Assembly (NCBI GenBank): GCA_002238785.1 | Contig: MPNA01000007.1 | Location: 15,583 to 79,582, forward strand | Source of the DNA: a bacterium OM1 bin76 | GTDB lineage: Bacteria; Actinomycetota; Acidimicrobiia; Spongiisociales; ZC4RG35 | DNA: 64,000 nt | Reading direction: 5' to 3' | Shown: positions 1 through 9,059 of the stretch, one piece after another | Position numbering within the stretch: the stretch's first letter is position 1 | Layout of the letters: every line of letters begins with the position of its first letter | Translations under genes and position numbers: made by a program | Notes under the pieces: model-generated | What the model saw: the letters and a program-made list of their open reading frames with translations, nothing else | What the model was told of the DNA's origin: nothing | The model's database searches: none

Positions 1-99
1 AACGCTATCTCCGCCGCGGCGTTGATGTGATAACGATGGCATCTGTCGTTGATCCCGTCAACCACTTTCCCGCCCACCGGCGCGAGCAACTACTCAGCG

Positions 100-425
100 A
101 AGCCGTGAGGCTATGACTGCAGCCCCGTCAGATGCCCTCCATGTGGGGGACATATTGCGTTGGTGCGACATTGTGCTAACGGATCAGGGATAGGAAGAAG
201 TCGCTACCTTGCAGATGACCTTGACTCTTTGTTGGTCAGACTGGCAATGGAGCGGTGTCTACAGAACATCGGGGAAATACTCATCGCCTCAGCCCCTCCT
301 TATTGGATCGCAACAAGGACATCCCGAGCGCACAGATAGTCGGTTTGAGAAATGTGTTGGCGCATAAATACGGAGACATTGATCACAGCATTCTCTGGTA
401 CATAGGCTATAGAAGATGTGCCTGA
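100..425 (+). pseudogene. HepT/DUF86-family toxin (HEPN nuclease of a HepT-MntA pair), disrupted by at least two frameshifts or in-frame stops
   Basis: Three reading frames together give ...RYLADDLDSLLVRLAMERCLQNIGEILIA... then QIVGLRNVLAHKYGDIDHSILW, containing the DUF86 Rx4HxY motif (RNVLAHKY). No single intact ORF exists. The preceding 1-100 nt could be the 3' end of a cognate nucleotidyltransferase gene. Confidence 0.55.
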
Positions 426-597
426 GTTGGCACGGGCGTTGCGGGCACCCAAATAGCGTCCCCCTATGGTTTTTTGGTGCTTCGGAAATGAGCGGGGAGT
501 CGTGAATCCATCGAATGTGAGGGAGGGTCCTCCATTATCGGGTGTTGAAGCTATTCGCATCCGAGAGGGGGACCCTGTGGAGACTGATGGTAGGCGT

Positions 598-1300
598 ATG
601 TGCGAGTTGTTGGTTGGCCTGGGTGAGGTGGATCTGGTGGGTGTCGAGGAGTTGGCGGGTGACCGGTTGAGAGTGACGATCAGGTCTCGTGGATCTCGTC
701 CGGTGTGCGGGGAATGTGGTGGGAGGGTGTGGTCCAAGGGCGACCAGCCGGTGCGGTTGGTGGATTTGCCGGCGTTCGGTCGGCCGGTGCGGCCTGGGGT
801 GGCGCATAACGCCGCTGGGTGTGCCCCAGACCGACGTGCGCGGTGGGGTCGTCTTGCGGAACAGGATCTGTCGGTGGCGCCGGAACGGGCCTTGTTGACG
901 TCTCGGGCAGGGCGATGGGCCACCGCTCAGGTGGGTCGGTTTGGTCGCACGGTGTCGGAGGTGGCCGAGGAGTTGGGCTGTAGTTTGGCATACGGTGAAC
1001 CGCGAGATCGTCCGGTGGGGAGACGCGCTGCTGGAAGCTGACATCGATCGGTTTGGACAGGTGGAAGCGGTGGGGGTGGACGAGACCCTGTTCTGGCGTA
1101 AGGGCCGGTGGCGGAAGAAGCAGTGGTGCACCTCGGTGGTGGACGTTGGCGGCCGTCAGTTGTTGGACATAGTGCCTGGTAGAACGGCTGAAAGCGCCGC
1201 TAGTTGGTTCCGGAACCAACCTACCGAATGGTGTGAGGCAATGTCGGTGGGCGGTGTTGGATTTGTCAGGTCCCTACCAGGTGGCCTATGACCCGAGTTT
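598..1300 (+). pseudogene. ISL3-family transposase, N-terminal fragment, frameshifted and truncated
   Basis: ORFs 466..1041 and 941..1291 carry ISL3 hallmarks: Cys-rich N-terminus (PVCGECGG), RLVDLPAFGRPVR, ...VGVDETLFWRKGRWRKKQWCTSVVDV...LLDIVPGR. A third frame continues with VLDLSGPYQVAYDP and then stops. The reading is broken where the next element begins. Confidence 0.7.
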
Positions 1301-1439
1301 GGCGGGTCAGGGGGTTTGGTGGGAGGCGATTGGTGTGTTGACCTGGGGTTTTGTGTTGTGAGGTGCTGTTCCGGCACGATTTTGTAGGGGCGACAGGTTG
1401 TTGGTGTTGTGGGGATCGGGGTGCTATTGTTGTGGGGTA

Positions 1440-2804
1440 TGTTCGCTTGAGACGACCCGGCGTCGAAGGGGCGACAAGGTTTACGAGTACTTGTCGTTGG
1501 TGGAAACGGTTCGCAAGGGGTCGAAGATCGGCCATCGGACCCTGCTGCGCTTGGGAGAGGTCACTGCTTTACGCGAATCGGGACAGTTGGGACGGATCAT
1601 TTCGGCGTTGGAACGTCACCTCCACACCGAACGCGTCGACGTTGACGGAATAATCGCCGAGGGAGCACCCGCGGTGGGAGCGGTAGCCGCCGCGGCTGCG
1701 GTCTGGAAACAGTTGGATCTCGAGGGGGTTTCTTCTCACAGGTGGGCGCGGAACGCCGTGCTGACGTTTTGGAGGATGCGGTGTTCGCGATGGTGGCCAA
1801 CCGGCTGGTAGCCCCGTGTTCGAAACGTCGGTTGCCCGAATGGACAGAACATGACGTGATCATGCCTTCTGGGTGGTCAGCGCCGTCGTTGGACCAGTAC
1901 TACCGTGCCCTGGACGCCGTCGCCGACGTCAAAGAAGAGACCGAGGAGCACCTTTACCGGCGGTTGTGCAACCTGACCAACCTGAACCTTCGGCTGGTGT
2001 GCTATGACCTGACATCCACCTATTTCGAGGGTTCCACCCGACCCTCCGACGCGTTCCCGTCGCGGGTGTTCGGGTATTGGCGGGATCATCGCTCGGACAG
2101 GCCCCAGATCGTGATCGGTCTGTTGTGCACCACAGACGGGATCCCGATAGCCCATCATGTGTTCGCGGGGAACACCAACGACGCCTCCACCCTACCCGAC
2201 GTGTTGGAAGACCTGGCCAAGAGGTTCGCGGTGGGTCGGATCTGTGTGGTTTCCGACCGGGGTCTCATATCAGCATCTAACCTGGAAACGGTCACCCAAG
2301 CGGGGTTTGATCACCTGATGGCCACCAGACTCCACCGCGATCCGATCACCGCCCAAGCACTGGCGGCTGTCGACCAGGACACCGTGTGGGTTGAGATCCC
2401 CGAACACGGTTGCAGAGCCGCGGATGTCACCCTCGAAGACGGGACCCGCACGGTGGTGGTCGAAATGCGACGTTCGTGCCCGTCGGGACACCCAACGCAC
2501 CGCCGAACTGATCGCCGCTGCCGAAACCGGGTTGTTGGCGTTGGAACATCGCGTCCGCTCGGGAAGGCTCAAAGACCCGGCCAAGATCGGGAGAGCCGCG
2601 CAACGCATCCTCGGCACCGGGCGGGTCGGGCGACTGTTCGACCTCGAAATCGGACCAGGCCGGTTTCTCTACCACTACAACGAAGAAGCCCAAGCCTACG
2701 AGAAGCTGTTGGCGGGTCGTTATGTGCTGACCACCAGCCTCACACCCGCACAAGCCGACACTGGAATGAATCCCCCCGGCTTTTGTGGAGGCTTTCTATC
2801 TTGA
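1440..2804 (+). pseudogene. IS1634-like (IS4 superfamily) DDE transposase, split over three frames
   Basis: ORF 1398..1811 has GDKVYEYLSLVETVRKGSKIGHRTLLRLGEV, typical of an IS1634 N-terminus. ORF 1742..2845 has ...LVCYDLTSTYFEG...RDHRSDRPQIVIGLLCTTDGIPIAHHVFAGNTND. ORF 2391..2804 has ...FLYHYNEEAQAYEKLLAGRYVLTTSL, a typical C-terminus. There are two frame changes. Confidence 0.7.
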
Positions 2805-2855
2805 GAGGATGGAGTCTCATGGCCAGTAATAGTTCTGTTAGGTAATGCGACTGAG

Positions 2856-3125
2856 TTGCGTGAGCGTGCTGTGCGGATGGTCCTGGAAGGCGTCCGTGAG
2901 GGGGTGTATTCCTCCGAGTGGGCAGCGATCCGGGCGGTGGCGCAGATGCTGGGACCTACTCCCGAAACGGTTCGTAAGTGGGTTCGTAAGGCCGAATCGA
3001 GGGTCTCAGCGGCAGCGGTGGACCACAAACGTCGGATCGTTGAGTTGGAACGGGAGAACCGGGAGCTGCGGCGAGCGAACGAGATCTTGAAAGCTGCTTC
3101 GGCTTTTTTCGCGCGGGAGCCCTGA
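2856..3125 (+). CDS. IS3-family transposase OrfA (HTH / leucine-zipper)
   Basis: 89-aa MRERAVRMVLEGVREGVYSSEWAAIRAVAQMLGPTPETVRKWVRKAE...RIVELERENRELRRANEILKAASAFFA, a classic IS3 OrfA. Confidence 0.8.
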   Translation: MRERAVRMVLEGVREGVYSSEWAAIRAVAQMLGPTPETVRKWVRKAESRVSAAAVDHKRRIVELERENRELRRANEILKAASAFFAREP

Positions 3126-3143
3126 TCCGCGACCGCCAAGGTA

Positions 3144-4083
3144 GTGGCTTTCATCGATCGTTATCGGACCAGGTTCGGGATGCGGGCCGATCTGTCGGGT
3201 GCCTGGGCGAGCGCAATGTCGGAATGCGCCCCTTCCACCTACTACGCCTTCAAGTCCCGTCCGCCGTCAACAAGAGCCCAGCGCGACGGATGGCTTGTTG
3301 AACAGATCCGCCGCGTGCACCAGGAGAACTATGGGGTGTACGGCGCGGTGAAGGTATGGGCACAGTTGAACCGTGAAGGCACCCGAGTGGCGCGGTGCAC
3401 AGTGGAACGGCTGATGCGAAACACCGGTCCTGCGTGGTGTTTCCCGCGGGCGGCGCAAGGTGTGCACCACCGAACCCTCCGGGACTGACTATCCGGCTGA
3501 TCTGGTGGAACGGGACTTCACCGCCGGGGCGCCAGATCGTCTTTGGGTTGCCGATCTCACGTATATTCGCACGCGGGCTGGGTGGGTGTACGCGGCGTTC
3601 ATCATCGACGTGTACTCCAAGTTCATAGTGGGATGGCAGACCGCTACCACCCTCCGCGCCAGCCTGGCCGTGGACGCGTTGGAAATGGCTTTGGCCACCC
3701 GCCGGCGTCGAAACCCCGAGAAATTGATACATCATTCGGACAGGGGAAGCCAATATCTGTCCGTGCGGTACACCACCCGTTTGGCCGAAAGCCAGATCGT
3801 TTCCTCGGTGGGAAGCCGGGGCGACAGCCTGCGACAACGCCCTGGCCGAGACCACCATCGGTCTTTACAAGACCGAACTGATCAACCAACAGGGACCATG
3901 GCAAAACCTGGACCACACCACCTTCGCCACCCTCGAGTACATCGACTGGTACAACCACCGACGCCTACACGGAGGAATCACCCCCGACAACACCTACATC
4001 CCCCCCGCCGACCACGAAACCGCCTACCATCAAACCACCCCCAGAAAACCCGCAACCACACAAACAACCCACTCTCCATGAAA
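3144..4083 (+). pseudogene. IS3-family transposase OrfB (rve integrase core), internal frameshift near 3830
   Basis: DDE core motifs are present. The reading frame jumps between ORF 3460..4194 and the +1 frame, where the conserved C-terminal segment is encoded. Confidence 0.7.
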
Positions 4084-4174
4084 CCCGGGGAGGTTCAATC
4101 GAAGACAACCTCAATCTCATGCCCCCGACGACTACACAACTGGAACAGCGCCCACGACCTCTACAAATCAACTA

Positions 4175-4207
4175 GGGAGGGCAACCACCGCTAGAGCTTG
4201 CCCTCCC
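4175..4207. repeat. Perfect 10-bp inverted repeat (GGGAGGGCAA / TTGCCCTCCC) with a 13-nt loop at the IS3 right end
   Basis: Read directly from the sequence. No following T-run, so not a canonical intrinsic terminator. Confidence 0.5.
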
Positions 4208-4480
4208 TTACGTTCGATGGATTCCCGACTCCCCTGAGATGTCCGAAGAACCAGTAAACCAAAGGCTCCTATCAGGTCACATCCAGTCCAGGTCGGTGAA
4301 AACCGCCCCTGGCCAAAAGGCAGGCCGACAGATCGCGACAAAGGCACAACAACCAGAAATGTTGAGAGTCAGACGTCCCCTGGCAAGGGGCACCCCTATT
4401 ATAAGTGATATGTTGGGATTTGGTTGCTGGATTGGGCATTAATCTATCGAGGGGTTTTACTTGGGGCGTACTGCAACTCC

Positions 4481-5146
4481 TCACTCGTTTTCGAAAAACG
4501 TTGTTAGGTCGAAGGCATCGTTCAATATGGCGCCAACTATCAAACTCAACAAGGTGATGGCTGCCATACTCCACCATTTACGACGGTCCTCTAATGCGGA
4601 TACTCTCTCGGCAAGCGCAGTGGGATTATAGGTTGGGCCTCTGAGGTTACTGATGTGAGAATCGCTAATATTAACTGCATTCTGTCGCGGACCACAATAT
4701 AGATCCTCAGTTGCCTTGTCGAGAGAAACGTACCACAACTGGAAAGTCCGTTGGTCTTGTGTAAGGCTGATAGATTTGGAGCCTGCATTAAACACGGCGA
4801 AGATCAGTTTGCCTTTGTAGCCAGGATCAACGTGGAAGCCAGAGACATTTATCAATCCTTGCATCTTCTTGCTCGATTTCATTGACAGCAATCCGACGGC
4901 GTTGGCGGGGATTTCTACAACTTCGGAGATCAAGAGTTGAGCGAATTGTCCAGGGGGAATATTGACTCGTTCCTTATCATCTATTTTGACTCTGATCCTG
5001 GTTCCTGCGTTGGAACTATTGGTAACCCATGCTTCGTCTCCCATCGAGAGTTCATATGAACAGTTCTTAATGTGTGACTCATCGTATGGCTCGATCAAGC
5101 TCGGTAGTCTTGTCTTGAGGGTCTCACTACTCCAGAAACCGGACAT
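4481..5146 (-). CDS. dCTP deaminase/dUTPase-fold (Dcd-like) protein with a C-terminal transmembrane anchor; catalytic Glu replaced by Ala
   Basis: 221 aa. IEPYDESHIKNCSYELSMGDEAWV and GFHVDPGYKGKLIFAVFNAG align with Dcd motifs (E. coli: HRIDPGWSGCIVLEFYN), but the LEF glutamate is an alanine. C-terminal WWSMAAITLLSLIVGAILNDAF is a predicted TM helix. Strong AAGGAGA RBS upstream. AT-richer than the flanks. Confidence 0.7.
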   Translation of the reverse strand: MSGFWSSETLKTRLPSLIEPYDESHIKNCSYELSMGDEAWVTNSSNAGTRIRVKIDDKERVNIPPGQFAQLLISEVVEIPANAVGLLSMKSSKKMQGLINVSGFHVDPGYKGKLIFAVFNAGSKSISLTQDQRTFQLWYVSLDKATEDLYCGPRQNAVNISDSHISNLRGPTYNPTALAERVSALEDRRKWWSMAAITLLSLIVGAILNDAFDLTTFFENE

Positions 5147-5294
5147 TCCTATCTCCTTAGCTATTAGGACCTATCGATTCGGAAGGTGGAAAGGCCTTAC
5201 TATCTAACCGCCTGCTACATAGATTAGGATTACTTCGCGGTTTCGCAATTCCTACTTGTGCAATCCGGCTGTCTTGGGCTCCCTCCATGTCGTG

Positions 5295-5333
5295 GGAGGG
5301 GTGTTTTGCGGAGGGGTGTTTTGCGGAGGGGTC
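5295..5333. repeat. Tandem direct repeat, about 2.6 copies of the 15-mer GGAGGGGTGTTTTGC
   Basis: Read directly from the sequence, in the intergenic gap between the TS-like gene (5514) and the Dcd-like gene (5146). Confidence 0.6.
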
Positions 5334-5513
5334 TTGCCTAGTCCATAAGAAGGCACTCGCTGGAGTGCGACGCCGGGGCGGTGAACATAGTGTTAGGGGC
5401 GGTTCGACCGATTGCTCAGGTCTTTCGGGATCTTGGGGGTTCACAGGGCCGCTTTGGAATTGGGTGAGGGATAGCCTAGCTTGAGAAGCCAGCACAACCA
5501 GTTCCATCGCACC

Positions 5514-6569
5514 TCATCTTGCTCGGCCCACTGACCTGTATTGTTGACGTTCGTTCTGCGAGCTTATGCTAACCCTCCTCAACCAACGATGCCATAACTT
5601 TCTATACACAGGATTGGTGCAGGTGGCCATAGCGTGATCATGCATCTCATCCCACCCTAGCCTCCGTGCTATTTCACTGGCCAGCACGGCAAGCATGTTA
5701 CGGAATGCCTCCGGGCCTTCATCCCAACGGACGACTCTTTCCAGTTGTGGGCGCCGTAGGCCAGGCGCGATCAGTCGCTCCATCCTTCGGCCCAACTCTT
5801 TGAATGCCGCTTCTGATTTCTCCTTGGGGAGCGCAAGCGAGTCTGTGTTTCGTAGCCGGTTTGGCGGCGTCTGTGAGGCGAATACATTCTCTTCGTCATG
5901 TTCATACATGTGCAGGCTGTCGCTCAGTTGGTGATAGGGACCACAATCGACGCCAAGCCACCCGGCCACAACCTCTTGAAGACTGGTGAACTGTACGAAG
6001 TTGTGAGGAACCCCTAAGAAGAGATCATTGCTTCGTAGTACCTGAAGCCACTCCAGCTTCCCTTCGCGGACCTTCAACAGTGCGAACACATTGCAAGGGA
6101 CATCCCGACTGGTGGGCAAACCCTCAGGGTCGGGAAGGTCGACGGACGAGTCCCAGATTTGCAGTACAACCTGCCGGGTGTCCGGGTTACTGCTTAGCAC
6201 CTGATAGGCCCGAGTTAGTTGGTCTACCCCCATGTGGTAGCGGAGTCGATGCCCATAGGCCCCATGAAGGTGGGGGCCTTCTCCCACATAGTCGGAGAGT
6301 TTGCTGTTCCACGCCCGGAGGAAAGCAAGATCGTTACGACCTGTCATGATCCAAACGATCTCGGCAATGGCGAAGGCAACATTCATGGGAGGTTGGCGGG
6401 AAACCACCCATCGTTGTCGCGGATCATTGATGGTGATGGCTGCATGGAGGATTTCTTTGGTTGCACCACCTCTACTTGGTTGGAGGAGGACACCATGGCC
6501 TGCCCGGAATGCCTCCACGACTTGCTCCCAGACTTCATCTGCGTCTTGGCCTTCAAACGCCCTAATCAT
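5514..6569 (-). CDS. Thymidylate synthase-family (ThyA / pyrimidine-nucleotide C5 hydroxymethylase-like) protein, paralogue 1, with a ~90-aa C-terminal extension
   Basis: 351 aa, colinear with ThyA: AIAEIVWIMTGRNDL (ELLWFIKGSTN), GVDQLTRAYQVLSSNPDTRQVVLQIWD (DQL..IK.NPDSRRII.SAWN), VPCNVFALLKVREGKLEWLQVLRSNDLFLGVPHNFVQF ([36 protein letters not shown]). Nucleophile Cys retained. Asn equivalent to N177 retained. PCH becomes PCN and RR becomes RQ. Confidence 0.75.
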   Translation of the reverse strand: MIRAFEGQDADEVWEQVVEAFRAGHGVLLQPSRGGATKEILHAAITINDPRQRWVVSRQPPMNVAFAIAEIVWIMTGRNDLAFLRAWNSKLSDYVGEGPHLHGAYGHRLRYHMGVDQLTRAYQVLSSNPDTRQVVLQIWDSSVDLPDPEGLPTSRDVPCNVFALLKVREGKLEWLQVLRSNDLFLGVPHNFVQFTSLQEVVAGWLGVDCGPYHQLSDSLHMYEHDEENVFASQTPPNRLRNTDSLALPKEKSEAAFKELGRRMERLIAPGLRRPQLERVVRWDEGPEAFRNMLAVLASEIARRLGWDEMHDHAMATCTNPVYRKLWHRWLRRVSISSQNERQQYRSVGRAR

Positions 6570-8247
6570 GAGATGTTCCGAGAGGAGGTATCAGGCTGTT
6601 GATGCCCCACTTGGGGGGATACCAATACTCTATTGGCTCTGTTGAGGGGCGATAGATTTGCTTGATACGGGAACGGTTGCCGATGCCTTTGAAATCGGGA
6701 TGCTTAACGCGGGCATACTTTGAGACCTCGCAGAAGAGGTTCTGGCAGTCTATGAGCTGAAGTCTTCTGCCCCAAAGGTCTACAAACCGCAGGCCGAGGC
6801 GGTCGAACTCTTCTTCCTGGCGTTCGGTGACCATTCTTATGAGTTCAGCGTCGGTCAAACCGCCCAGGTCAGTGAAACATTTACGGACGCCGTCTATCGC
6901 CCCGGGGCCAGGAACGACGAACTCCATTTCTGAGAAGTCGATAACTTCGCTGTAGTTCAGGTCGGTCACGAATTGGTAGGCAAGGAAATCGCCGATGGAC
7001 GGGTAGGAGCGCAACAAACCGAAGGCGTCCCGCATCCTGCGTGTCCCTGCGATCCTCTTGGGTAACTCGTCTGCCATCATCCGCTCGATGAGCCGGAGAT
7101 GATTGCGGTGCTTTCGGGAATGTCCGAAGACGCGCCCGGCCGATGGCATAATGTAGGCGGCGGAATAGATTGGTCGACCCTCGGCGAGTGCTTGCGACAG
7201 CACCCCGTTGTAGGCGTCGAACGAGTATGACGAGTACTCAACATCCCCCAAGGCGGCTCTGAGCAGCTCCCAAGTCCCAATCCTGTTGAAAACCTTGAAT
7301 AGCAGGGTACGAAAGAACACTTCTTCTGAGGATTGTGGACCCTGGTAGATGACGTTGCGGATGAGGTACTGGCTTACCCGATCAGAGGCTCGGTATGCGT
7401 TAGTGAACTTGAAGCGGGCCAATATCGGGTCGTCCGTCCAGGGAGGTGAACAGCCTTCGAGTCGGCGAAAGAACACTTCTTGGCGTTTCACCGCGAACCG
7501 CCAATAGGTGTCATAGACAACGGTCGGCTTCGCCGGTGAGAGGCGTGGCATTTTCGGTGGCTGGAGTGTTCTGCCATCAAGGAGTGCTGGTTGGCCACTT
7601 AGCTGAGCCACTGCCGGAGAATCTTGCCGTTCGCTGAATCTGCGTACGGTAGAAATAATCGTCTTCCACGCCATGTCAAGGGCGTGCTCAACAGACGAGT
7701 CGTTGTGTAGCGTGACCACATGGGAGCGGATCTGTTCTCGCTTCGCCAGCGCCCGATACCCGTCCCGCAGGTCATCACCATTGTCTGAATCCGCACTCTC
7801 GCGCTCTACCAGAAACACCATGTCCGGCTTGATTTGCTTCCAGTGGAGTCGCTCCAGTTCGATCATCGCCTCCAACGAGGGCTCTGACACTCCAAATGCA
7901 CCGCCATAGACCCGTGTGGACCACCAGAAGCGGTCCAAGACTATCCAAGAGCCTGTACGGAGGGCAGGCAGGATGTGCTCTTCTACGGCCTCTATATGAG
8001 CCGCAATGTGCAGGATCTGAAGACTTGTCGCGTTGACCTTGCCGAGGCCAAAGCTGGGTGCGTCGTGGTGGAGGTCATAGACCAGACGGCCCAGAGAGCC
8101 TAACTGCCTCCCTGGAAAGGATAGGTTTTCGCAGGGAACGCCCGCCTCGTGGAGGCGGTTTGTGAATAGCTCGGCAAGGGTACTCTTACCGACGCCGTCG
8201 CGCCCCTCGAACACGATGAGCCTGCCCGGGGTTTGCTGCTCTGTCAT
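6562..8247 (-). CDS. Fusion protein: N-terminal dTMP-kinase-family P-loop (d)NMP kinase plus C-terminal ~340-aa domain of unknown function
   Basis: 561 aa. The N-terminus matches Tmk: LIVFEGRDGVGKSTLAELF (FIVIEGLEGAGKTT), LSFPGRQ (TREPGGT), ILHIAAHIEAVEEHILPALRTGSWIVLDRFWWSTRVYGG ([38 protein letters not shown]), PDMVFLVE. The C-terminal part (TVVYDTYWRFAVKRQEVFFRR...ILARFKFTNAYRASDRVSQYL...GIGNRSRIKQIYRPS) matched no family I could name. Its start overlaps the next gene (ATGA). Confidence 0.7.
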   Translation of the reverse strand: MTEQQTPGRLIVFEGRDGVGKSTLAELFTNRLHEAGVPCENLSFPGRQLGSLGRLVYDLHHDAPSFGLGKVNATSLQILHIAAHIEAVEEHILPALRTGSWIVLDRFWWSTRVYGGAFGVSEPSLEAMIELERLHWKQIKPDMVFLVERESADSDNGDDLRDGYRALAKREQIRSHVVTLHNDSSVEHALDMAWKTIISTVRRFSERQDSPAVAQLSGQPALLDGRTLQPPKMPRLSPAKPTVVYDTYWRFAVKRQEVFFRRLEGCSPPWTDDPILARFKFTNAYRASDRVSQYLIRNVIYQGPQSSEEVFFRTLLFKVFNRIGTWELLRAALGDVEYSSYSFDAYNGVLSQALAEGRPIYSAAYIMPSAGRVFGHSRKHRNHLRLIERMMADELPKRIAGTRRMRDAFGLLRSYPSIGDFLAYQFVTDLNYSEVIDFSEMEFVVPGPGAIDGVRKCFTDLGGLTDAELIRMVTERQEEEFDRLGLRFVDLWGRRLQLIDCQNLFCEVSKYARVKHPDFKGIGNRSRIKQIYRPSTEPIEYWYPPKWGINSLIPPLGTSHD

Positions 8248-9059
8248 TTGCCCGCCTTTAACTGTTCCAAGATTCTCTCGACATCCCGTGCCAGTTTCTG
8301 AAGGGATCTCTTTGTGCGATCGCGTTTCGCAGGACTTGCCACGCAGGTCACCTGGGTTAGCTGCCTACCCATCTCCTGGGCCATGAAACGGCCGAGCCGG
8401 CACAAGCCCAGATAGTTACCGTAGGCACGTTCATAGATGTACTGCGTGGCATAGAACCCTGTCACCGTCAACCCGTCTGAGCCTTGCTGCGCAAACGCTA
8501 CCTGTTGAAGGCAGGGAAAGCCTCTCATACGCTGATTGGTGTGGTCCCTGTGTGGGTCAAAGATCGCCGCTTGTAATGCTGACCTGCGATGGTTGCCTCT
8601 GTGCCATGTTTGGATGATGTGTTCCAGTTGGTTGACGCTGTCCCCGTTGGCGGCGTTGCGGCCGTAGGCGATGAGGCGTTGGAAGTAGACGCCGTTCCTG
8701 TTGCTAGCGTCCTTGAGCACACGCGGCATGATTTGTCTGTAACGTCGGTATAGCTGTTGACGATCTGCTTCCGGGTTCCAGAGCGAGACGGGGAAAATGG
8801 TGTTGGCGACCTTGTGACAGGAGAGGGATTTGGCTTCGGCACCCAAGGCATCATCAAGGAGTTCACGTATTGGTGCTACTTCCAGGGGCTCCCCATGGTC
8901 GAACCCGCGAATCACGACTGTTAGAGGCGCAATCTCACTCCTGGCCATCAAGTGGAGGAACGCCCTAGCCCAGGCGACGGAGAGGTTGCCCTCTTCAATC
9001 GTAAGTGATCTACCCATCCCCAGCTTCTTCCCAGTGCCGGTACAGGGCACGCCCCACAT
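8244..9059 (-). CDS. Thymidylate synthase-fold protein, paralogue 2 (divergent; most catalytic residues other than Cys are lost; C-terminally short)
   Basis: 271 aa. VPCTGTGKKLGMGRS (DRTGTGTLSIFGHQ), NQLEHIIQTWHRGNHRRSALQAAIFDP ([26 protein letters not shown]), GFPCLQQVAFAQQGSDGLTVTGFYATQ ([24 protein letters not shown]), NYLGLCRLGRFMAQE (NIASYALLVHMMAQ). Lacks the equivalents of R166, D169 and N177. The 5' end overlaps the ImmA gene. Confidence 0.6.
   Translation of the reverse strand: MWGVPCTGTGKKLGMGRSLTIEEGNLSVAWARAFLHLMARSEIAPLTVVIRGFDHGEPLEVAPIRELLDDALGAEAKSLSCHKVANTIFPVSLWNPEADRQQLYRRYRQIMPRVLKDASNRNGVYFQRLIAYGRNAANGDSVNQLEHIIQTWHRGNHRRSALQAAIFDPHRDHTNQRMRGFPCLQQVAFAQQGSDGLTVTGFYATQYIYERAYGNYLGLCRLGRFMAQEMGRQLTQVTCVASPAKRDRTKRSLQKLARDVERILEQLKAGK

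Larger units (their letters stand above)
2845..4207 (+). mobile_element. IS3-family insertion sequence (degenerate), orfA plus frameshifted orfB
   Basis: OrfA (2856..3125) has an HTH and leucine zipper. OrfB (3144..~4083) has a DDE integrase core (YAAFIIDVYSKFIVGW...HHSDRGSQYLS). The correct continuation NALAETTIGLYKTELI...YIDWYNHRRLHGGITPDN lies in another frame. A 10-bp stem hairpin sits at 4175-4207, near the right end. Confidence 0.7.
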
